From Balanoglossus misakiensis (lineage: Eukaryota; Animalia; Hemichordata): a stretch of DNA of 64,000 bases. The position numbers and the translations under genes were made by a program. Shown here piece after piece: positions 54,397-61,635 of the stretch; the stretch's first letter is position 1, and every line of letters starts with the position of its first letter. Location: contig CM082580.2 of the NCBI GenBank assembly GCA_040954595.2, forward strand, positions 3,958,783-4,022,782, written 5' to 3'. The notes beneath the pieces were generated by a model that did not search any database, was not told the origin of the DNA, and worked only from the letters and a program-made list of their open reading frames with translations.

Positions 54397-57300
54397 TTCT
54401 CTGTCTGTCTGTCTGTCTGTCTGTCTGTGTGTGTGTGTGTCTGTTTGTCTCTGTCTCTGTATTACTGTAAATGTAGGTTTAAAATCAATCAATTCACTAT
54501 GAAGCAAAACATTGCAGTGAATAAGCCTGTAACATATGATGTTCAATGTTAATTTTGACACTGATTCATTTTTTTCCCACTTTCAGGTGAGCCACTGCCC
54601 TTCGTATACACTGGACCAGTCGTACAACGTAAGTCTTTCTCTAAATGCATCATTTCACAGATATTTACTGATAAAATTTCATCACTTGCACAAATTTTAG
54701 CCAGGAATCATGAAGGATGGGCTAAAAAGGTTGGCAAAATAGTACGTCACAATTGACCTGTGTATAATTAATGGTGGTGTAATGTACATGATTAGATTTT
54801 GCTAGATCTCGGCTTTTGAGATAATATAAACTTTTGGGGGTTTAGGACTTCAATAATGTACAGAAAACTCTAATTTCGGAAAGCCCGTGTTTTGTATATT
54901 GCATACTTTAACTGCATTTGTATAGAAATGTATTATGTAGGTGTTTGTACTAAAATGGATCTTTTTCTCATCTGTGTTTTTTTGTGTTTACAGAATGTTC
55001 TACTTTTAATGATGATGAACCATTGGATGCCTCTTACGATGCAGATGATGGAGAGATATATTCTCCCAATTATCCACTAAAATACCCCCGTAGTTTGTCC
55101 TGTGGTTGGCTGATAATACTTGAAGAAGGCGAAAAGATTGAAATTTCACTAGAAACCCTCGACATAAAAGATGACGACACACTAACAATCTTTGATGGAA
55201 ATGGTCAGTCTGAAGACAAATTAGTGGAGTATCCACAGAGTTTACGAAGAAGAAGACGATCGGACGAATTGGAAACAGTAACCACCTCTGATAATTTGGC
55301 AGTTGTGAAATTTGTGACAAACGCTGTCAATGAAGATGATGGATTTTCAATGAAGTACTCAGTGTCTGCAGGTAAACAGTTTGAAGATATTTTGTTTTTC
55401 ACTTGATACTTTTACATTGTACTTTGTAAATGTCAGCCTGTTATGGTAACTTGTATTATATTTGCACTCAACCAATCGCATGTCTCTTGGTACTGTACGC
55501 TTTCTAGTAGGAGGTGCAGCTTAAATTTTGGAAACAAGTTTTTTGGATTTCAAAATCTTACTGTCAATGTTTTATCATTGGCATGCATGTGTGACAGACT
55601 TATTTTGAAATTTTTACAGTTGTAAAATTAATTTAATTCAATTCACACTGACTTAAATAATAGGTTTTTGTTATAAAAATCTCATGGAATGGTCAGATCC
55701 TCGCCATTGTTTTTGCAGGAAATGCAACACCTGACCCTATAACTGAGGATCCTCCTGGTAATGGTCAATTGATAGGTGCAATTGTTGGTTGTGTTATTGT
55801 CGCCATCTTGATTTTAGTCATAATTCTGTTCATCTTTGGATACAGACATTATAAGAAGGGAAGGTGAGTTCATTTTGTTCACTTGCAGTTGTCCTGTATA
55901 TGATGTCACCAATACAACTATGTATAAGCACTTGATTTATAAACTGGGCAAGTGACATTTTGAGCTGAGACCAGCAGATGCTGATATGCATGATTCACAT
56001 TAAAGATATACAGTCACCAATGCAAATATACAGTTACCATGGTAAATTGAGATAAGCCAATCACAGATTTTCAGTGGGTACCACACGTGAAAAAAAAGAG
56101 TGCCACCATATGATCTTTGGAACACTCAAATACGCCATTTTAGCCAAATATGGGTGTATGTAAATTGTAAGTAAGACTTTAGGCCATGGATTGACATCTT
56201 GTGAACAGTTTGATACTGTCAGCTGGCAGTATTGAAGCATTTTGCAATAAATGCCCTGGAAACGAGGGATGACACCATAGCAAATCACAAGTTTGACGTT
56301 TGTATCAGAGTCTTTGGGTTTTAAATGTTTCTTACTGCTGCTGGGTTTTCAATATGTTTGTTTATACATTGGAATTTAACATTAACATCTAGACACTGTA
56401 AAATTAGAGGGAGCTAGTCAGCTTTGGTCAATTGGTGCATGTGTTTTGTTTCAGGCCAATATTTGGTCAGGAGAGAGCAACAAGGTATGCAGAACAGATT
56501 GATTCCGGATCTGTTCAAAACGTCAACCATCCAGAGCCTGTGTATGATGTGATACCAGGAGGTAAGTTTGTACTGTCAGATTGTACTATGTAGATGGGGT
56601 TAGATGCTGGGGCTGTTTCGGTGAAATTCTTGAAGCAATCCAAACATTTAGGGAAAGCAGATCTAGACGTAGACATAAGGACGTAGACATACGATGATGT
56701 CAAACAAAGAAAAATATCATGGGATTATAAATTATACGACAGAAATTAAGTACCTGCAGTTCACCAATGGTATTTGCAGAATATTGTGAATATGGCAGAT
56801 ACCCCATAGAATGAATAAGAAGTACTGGTAACACTTAATACTAAACACAACTTTGGACCGTTCGTGGTCAAAGTGTAACTCCTATTCAGTCACTGAAACA
56901 TTAAAATTTAGCTATAAACAAAAGATGATGATATGTTTGCATTTAAACCCCCCCCCCCCCTCCCAATTTCAGAATCCCCCTCGGGAATTTTTGCAATGGG
57001 GACTGGTCCCCCTTAGACTCTGTCACAGTCCACGGGTCGCTACAAGGCTCTTCACTGATGCGCCCTCAACCATTTAAAGCAAAGGAGAAGTCACATATAG
57101 TGTTGTGTAGCGAACCTCTCGCCGGGCACACATGCAATCACAGACCATAAGCCTGCATGGACGGCGAGAGGGGCTGTGAGAGAGTCTAGTCCCCACTCCC
57201 CCTAAAGCATCCTAGATGAAAAACTGAGTCAGACAGTCATGTAAATGTTAATGTTTTTAATCAATGCATTGATCAGCTTTTCATCTCTTCCACTACCAGA

Positions 57301-60208
57301 AGCGCCACCACCGTACACTTCCATGCCAAATGTCAATCAACCACAACAAGTTATAATCAACGGCTGCTCCGTAGCATTCAACAACCGGAATTCTGGTGTG
57401 CCCAGCGCCCCTCCACCACCCCCAGATGTCAATGGCCATGTACCACAAGCACCCCCTATGTATCGAAAGACTCCACTGGACGATGATCACGGTTATGAAA
57501 CCCCACAGCCAACAAAACCAAGTATCTATGAAAGACCGCATGCGTATGACAGACTGAGTAATGCTCACGGATATGAGACCATGAGACGAGGTGTTCTTTT
57601 GGCAAATGCAAATGGTGACGATGATTTGAAGAAAAAGAGTGAAGCCTATGTGAATTTACCACCAGACACAAGACAGGCACCTGGCAATGTTGGTTGGTTG
57701 AATGCAAATATAATATATACCATAACTGCTGCCTTTTAATGTTAAGATTTCTCCATTATAATTCAAAATTCTCTCTTCTCTCTCTCTCTCTCTCTCTTTC
57801 TGTCCATTTGTGTCTTGGTGACTTTTTTCTCTCACAGTGCATTTCTCCTAACTTTTCCCACAGTGTATCTGAAACAGTCTGACGGTAACGCAAATAGACT
57901 GCTTCATCTTTGCCACTTTTATTTGCCCATCAACCATGCATGCCCAGAAATACTCCGTATTAACTCTCTTCATGTGATATACTGCTTTACAGATAAAAGA
58001 CTTTATCAGTTTCTCCTTGACCTTGAACTTGAACACCATGCTGAAAAGTTTGCCCAGGAAGGCATCAAATATGACGACCTGCTTACTATGGATCTCCACG
58101 TCCTTAGGGACATTGATGTTCCTATGGGGGACAGAAAAATAATCAAGAAGAGAATCAAGAAACTCAGGAGGGAAACAGAGCATGAAGTATGTATAGTTTT
58201 GTCTTCTTCTTTTTTTCGTGAAGTAAGGAACCGTTAAAAAAAGACGTAGGCTATCTTCGTGATTATCCCACAATGACTGAAGTTTGTCGATTGGTGTGAT
58301 TCATAAGTGACAATCAGTAATGCTTAGTGAAATTCCTCAGGAAAAAAAAAACTTTAGATCTCCAGTTTTTAACTCCCCTCTATGATGCATTCCAATAACC
58401 TATAGTATTTAGAATTACTTTGTTACAAGGCTTATTATCACCACTTTGCTTTTTAGTCACGCCACTTATTGCAATCATGTTTTGATACAATTTCTTTCCA
58501 AAAGTTGCAGGCAGGTAACCATGGCAATGATAATATTCCCAAAGAAATCAAGGTGCAGGAAAAGAGAGTCAGCCATGGTGTTGATTATGTTGATGCAAGG
58601 TCATCTCAAACTCAACTTACGGTATATAAAATGTACTCTGATGTGGTATATCTGTAAATGGGTGTTCTTCAAGTCATCACATTGCATGCTTCATTCCCTC
58701 AGCTGTTCTATTATAGATAAGGTGGGGATATGCCACATACCTCTCATATAAAAACCATACTCGTGTACTTCTAAACACTCATGTGTTATATTTTCACTCA
58801 CATCTAGTCATATAACTTTACGACAACATAATCTGACTAGAATCCATTTTGAAACTTGAACCATAGCAGTGCATCTTTCTTCCTTCCCCATACTGTGTAA
58901 ACTGGTAATTTTTACGACAGGAAATTTTCACGATATCAAAAGAAGCAACTATTAATTTTCGCGATCATTGCATCGTTATCTCAAAAAAACCCACATTTTT
59001 ATGTGATTTTTTTATGTTCGCGTATTTTGGGCTCTCGCAGTTTGCGAAAATTTATCGTTCGTGAAAACTTCCCATTTTACAGTAAATGTGATTGGGACCA
59101 TTGAACTCATGTGGCATTTACCCATCCATCTATGGTAGAACCCAACATTGCATGGTCCTCCATTCTCTCTGCATGTGAAATACCTGACTAATAAATTTCA
59201 CTGCATGTGTTTGTGTTTTGTCTATTAACTTGTACTGTACCTTTCAAACAGCCTTATCACACAGATGACCAATCAGTACCCCGTCAACCAAGTATTCAAG
59301 TTGTCAAGCCAGTTGATGGCAAACATCAACGGCCCCAGGTACTGAAACTGTAGATAGATATCTGAGAGAAATATCATGAATTGCTAAATTGACATTTATG
59401 TGATGCGACATACCAAATAGGCACTTTCAGGAATTTTTTTTGTTATTATGAAAGTCCTGAATCCCCCAAAATTTATATTTTCTGAACCCTTTCACCCCCA
59501 GTTCCCCATATAGAGGTCCAACTCTACCATTGTAAACAATGGATTTGGGTCAAACCATGATGGTGAAAGGGTTCAAGGTCCGATATAGGAAAACCTAATT
59601 ATGTACCTTATACAGAACCATAATTTATACAGTGGTCATCCATGGCACGTGTTTTCTAATGAACCTTGTCTTTTCTCTTTGGAGTGTGGTTTCTTTAATC
59701 TGTTGGCTACTGTTTACCGCCCTCTATGGCATTGTGTAGTTGGTTATTTTGTTTTTTCTTTTGACAGAGCCATATGTATGATGAGGTGAAGCACGTAGAT
59801 TATCCAATCCCTGACAAGTATTTATGTCCTATCACAAGTAAACTGATGGTTCATCCTTTTACTGCAACCGATGGCGTTACTTATGAGAGAGAAGCTATCG
59901 TTGGTAAGTACAACAAAACCGCAACCCTTCTGAAAGTCAGTGTGAAGAAGCTGGAAATTGTAATTTTTTTCATCAATATTTGTACCATTTCAGATTGGTT
60001 CAGCAGGAGCCCTACTTCCCCAGTGACAAGGCAACAGTTGTTTGACTTCAAATTAATGCCCAACACTGAACTTGAGAAGGAAATTCAGAAGTTCAGAAAA
60101 GATAGGAATAAGTCACTCAAGAAGAGGAAGAAGAAGGAAGAAGAAAGACGATTTCAAGAAGAGTCGGAGAGAAGACCAGACACTCCTCTGACAGATGTAG
60201 AAGTCTAA
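28871..60208 (+). CDS. Large type I membrane receptor: SP-MAM-SRCR-LDLa-MAM-LDLa-MAM-SRCRx4-CUBx2-TM-(Tyr/PPxY tail)-SAM-U-box, 35 exons, ~1941 aa
   Basis: Exons 28871-29009, 35140-35384, 35857-36024, 36704-36791, 37886-38224, 38672-38800, 39406-39549, 39944-40047, 40580-40829, 41697-41840, 42339-42482, 43691-43788, 44166-44333, 45362-45458, 46584-46739, 47566-47751, 48210-48338, 48953-49141, 49888-49985, 50217-50342, 51039-51141, 51570-51781, 52509-52725, 53073-53219, 53871-54062, 54587-54628, 54994-55371, 55719-55863, 56455-56561, 57300-57692, 57993-58186, 58505-58621, 59252-59338, 59768-59903, 59994-60208. All GT-AG, every phase compatible, 5826 nt with no internal stop seen. Confidence 0.85.
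30358..30462. repeat. (GTACT)n microsatellite
   Basis: Direct reading. Confidence 0.95.
34886..34982. repeat. Near-perfect ~45-bp-stem inverted repeat (hairpin/MITE)
   Basis: TTCTTAGCTGCAATGATTGTAGCAGGTGCTGCTAGGTTGACTGGT-gtgcaaa-ACCAGTCAACTTAGCAGCACCTGCTACAATCATTCCAGCTAAGAA. Confidence 0.85.
35140..45458 (+). CDS. Receptor N-terminal ectodomain: MAM1, SRCR1, LDLa1, MAM2, LDLa2, MAM3
   Basis: Three MAM signatures ([21 protein letters not shown] / FYYHMYG / GDIAIDD), [20 protein letters not shown], and LDLa [26 protein letters not shown] and [20 protein letters not shown]. Confidence 0.93.
35428..35600 (+). mobile_element. Interspersed repeat fragment with (CCGT) microsatellite core (HINE/pearl-like)
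   Basis: GAGCTTTT..CTGTCTTCCGTCCGTCGTCCATCAACATTTTCTTC..TTCTCTGAAACTGCTGGTCCAATT. A related fragment lies at ~63810-63890. Family assignment is from memory. Confidence 0.45.
36304..36356 (+). ncRNA. Minimal type I hammerhead ribozyme motif (intronic, sense strand)
   Basis: Stem I TCTC 36307-10 / GAGA 36350-53; core CTGATGA 36311-17; stem II GTGAGTC-cagt-GACTCAC 36318-35; GAAA 36336-39; short stem III ACA-tcgt-TGT; cleavage triplet GUA 36347-49. Confidence 0.8.
36806..37107. mobile_element. Palindromic MITE family B, truncated copy
   Basis: Matches the 61292-61635 element (CAAAGTCTCTC..CGCTGCCCTTTT..TGATACAAGACAC..CACAACTTCCATC). Confidence 0.8.
37113..37768. repeat. Nested multi-level inverted repeat (~610 bp foldback)
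   Basis: 37152-37250 is the reverse complement of ~37665-37765, and 37258-37420 of ~37458-37620. Each inner arm is itself a hairpin with apex CCCTCGGGCTATGCCCTCGGG. Confidence 0.85.
40195..40430. mobile_element. MITE family A, second copy (inverted relative to 5985-6227)
   Basis: Reverse-complement match over ~200 bp (ATAAACATTACAATTCATCCACAAATCCCTGAAATTAGATCATT...); TIR GAAGGGGTCGTCG. Confidence 0.75.
40868..41051. mobile_element. MITE family C, TTAA-flanked
   Basis: TTAA-AGATATACGGTCACC ... GGTGACTGTATACCT-TTAA; further copies at 46287-46452 and ~56004-56165. Confidence 0.8.
44426..45040. mobile_element. GC-rich non-autonomous Tc1/mariner-type element with TA flanks
   Basis: TA-CCGTAGTTTGCCGGGTAAGAGCCCC ... 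GGGGTTCTTACCCGGACAACTACGG-TA; internal direct repeat GGGGGGGCTTTAG.CCGGATATGGCCTCGA. Confidence 0.8.
45585..46047. mobile_element. Repeat with subterminal inverted repeat and long terminal hairpin
   Basis: TATTATTATACATCT (45585) / AGATGTATAATAATA (~45895), then palindrome 45904-46047 (AGGTTATTACGAAAATACCGCAAAGTATGCAC..GTGCATACTTTGCGGTATTTTCGTAATAACCT), apex CCCTCCGCTACGCGTCGGG. Confidence 0.65.
46287..46452. mobile_element. MITE family C copy
   Basis: TTAA-AGGTATACGGTCA ... GTGACTGTGTACCT-TTAA; shared core AAATTGAGATCTAGCCAATCA..TTTTCAGTGGGTGGCACAC. Confidence 0.8.
46584..52725 (+). CDS. Receptor SRCR domains 2-5 (5th divergent) plus Pro/Thr stalk
   Basis: [27 protein letters not shown]; [17 protein letters not shown]; [21 protein letters not shown]; degenerate [20 protein letters not shown]; stalk [16 protein letters not shown]. 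Confidence 0.92.
48057..48183. repeat. (GAAT/GAGT/GAAC)n microsatellite
   Basis: Direct reading. Confidence 0.9.
48460..48671. mobile_element. MITE family D (TA-CTGTAAAAC...GTTTTACAG-TA)
   Basis: TIRs with TA flanks; core AATTTTCGCGATATCAAAAGAGGCAACTG. Confidence 0.75.
49218..49350. repeat. Short tandem duplication (~57 bp x2+)
   Basis: ACAGTAC.GCATCACTGATGACATCAGCACATGTACTG.TGACAT occurs twice. Confidence 0.8.
51301..51513. mobile_element. MITE family D copy (diverged)
   Basis: TACCGTAAAACAG ... CCGTTTTACAGTA. Confidence 0.6.
51822..52032. mobile_element. MITE family D copy
   Basis: TACTGTTAAAC ... TTTTACTGTA; core CAGTTGCCTCTTTTGATATCGCGAAAATTTCCTGTCGCGAAAATAA. Confidence 0.75.
53073..55371 (+). 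CDS. Receptor CUB domains 1 and 2
   Basis: [33 protein letters not shown] and [41 protein letters not shown]. Confidence 0.9.
53596..53800. mobile_element. MITE family D copy
   Basis: TACTGTAAAACGGGTTATTT ... AAATAACCCGTTCTACAGTA. Confidence 0.8.
54349..54460. repeat. (CTGT)n/(CT)n/(GT)n compound microsatellite
   Basis: Direct reading. Confidence 0.9.
55719..55863 (+). CDS. Receptor transmembrane exon
   Basis: [49 protein letters not shown]: ~25 hydrophobic residues followed by a basic stop-transfer segment. Not in the ORF track. Confidence 0.9.
56004..56165. mobile_element. MITE family C copy (3'-truncated)
   Basis: TTAA-AGATATACAGTCACC.. with the same core sequence. Confidence 0.7.
57993..58186 (+). 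CDS. Receptor cytoplasmic SAM domain exon
   Basis: [55 protein letters not shown] fits the SAM consensus L..FL..L.L..(Y/H)...F..E.I....LL....L..I.(V/I)..G.RK.I. Confidence 0.85.
58891..59083. mobile_element. MITE family D copy
   Basis: TACTGTGTAAAC ... CATTTTACAGTA; core ACAGGAAATTTTCACGATATCAAAAGAAGCAACT. Confidence 0.7.
59768..60208 (+). CDS. Receptor C-terminal U-box (E3 ligase) domain and basic tail; two exons
   Basis: [32 protein letters not shown]|[34 protein letters not shown] matches the U-box consensus (P..F.CPIT..LM.DPV...DG.TYER.AI..W.....TSP.T...L....L.PN..L...I). Ends ..TDVEV-stop. Confidence 0.93.
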   Translation, partial: SHMYDEVKHVDYPIPDKYLCPITSKLMVHPFTATDGVTYEREAIVGKYNKTATLLKVSVKKLEIVIFFINICTISDWFSRSPTSPVTRQQLFDFKLMPNTELEKEIQKFRKDRNKSLKKRKKKEEERRFQEESERRPDTPLTDVEV

Positions 60209-61291
60209 ACATTAGTCTCGAGTTGACACAGAGACAAATCATACAGTTGTATTTTCATGGTGCAAAATAATTTGGTATATACTAAACAGAGGTACTTGTA
60301 GCATGGAAATCATGAATAAGACCTGGAAAAGGTATGGTAACCATTAACCCCTGAGCAGGCATTGTGTTATTACTGTTTCCAGGTCTGATCGATAGTTTCA
60401 AAGGTATATCAGCTAAAGTACCCTGGAAAACATTAATTAATTTCAAGACAAAGAAGTGAAATGGGTGATTTTGTGTCATATACAAGTATGGACGCCATGT
60501 CTACATTTAAGCAGAACTTTGTAAGTTGTATATCAAGTTTTCTGAAAATCATTATAGTTTATCAGGTACATAATTACCACAAATATCAATATCTAGGAAT
60601 GGACTGCTAACTTACAGTGTGGCATTCCATATTGATGCTCTTTAAAGAAGATAAACAGATCAATGTTCCATAGAACCTTAATATTTACAAGTTTGTAAAT
60701 AATTGTCAGTAATTTTTTTTTTTTTGGCAGATTGCGGTCTTGGAGGAAGACTGCAATTACATGTGTATGAGCAACTCATTTTGACTCAAAAATTGTCAAT
60801 TTTGTAATTTTTTGACGTGATTCTGACTCTGTGTGTAGTGGTATCCACTGATCATAATGATACTTTCTTTGCTTTACAGTTATGATCATGACTTGTATTT
60901 TTACCCCCAAAAATTCATGATAGTATACTTGGTATTACAGACAAAAACCACTTGGTTATGTCCAAGAGTGACTGTATCTCAATGGCAATGTCATCTTCAC
61001 AAATGTGAATTTTTAACAAAGAACAAGGGGGTGGAACAGTTCTGTTGACTTTCGTTATTTCCACATCAATACATATAGTTTTTTTAATAAATAAACAAAT
61101 GATAATTGACCTATCTTCATGCATATCAATGTTAAAAAAACATAGTTATATGATTAACTTTATAAAACCAATAACTTTTTTAATTGTAAACATTTATCCT
61201 AAAAAGTATAATACAATTCCATTCCATCCAGCAGATTACCTGCATAGTACCTTTATTGCATATACCAAAGTATTTATACAGATAATATTAA

Positions 61292-61635
61292 AGGGACAAA
61301 GTCTCTCTCTCGCTGCCCTTTTTCCATTAATTTTATTTGATACAAGACACTGTTTATGTTAATGTACACGTGTATATGTAGTGAATGAACATTTAATCAC
61401 ACACAACTTCCATCCCGTTTGTAGGATATGAGAGTAACTCGCCCAAAATGAATAAATGGTAAAGAACGATTATTCATTTTGGCGAGTTTATCACTCTAGT
61501 GTCTACAAACGGGATGGAAGTTGTGTGTGGTCGAATGTTGATTCACTATATATCGACATGTAGAATAACATAAACAGTGTCTTGTATCAAACATAATTAA
61601 TGGAAAATGTGCAGCGAGAGAGAGACTTTGTCCCT
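61292..61635. mobile_element. Full-length palindromic MITE family B, TTAA-flanked
   Basis: TTAA-AGGGACAAAGTCTCTCTCTCGCTGC ... GCAGCGAGAGAGAGACTTTGTCCCT-TTAA; the arms pair over almost the whole 344 bp. Confidence 0.9.

Noticed and set aside
57245-60208. SAM/U-box exons as a separate downstream gene
   Set aside because: No own start exon or promoter-like region; the TM exon has no stop and splices in phase through 56455 and 57300 into the SAM exon. cDNA confirmation is still needed.
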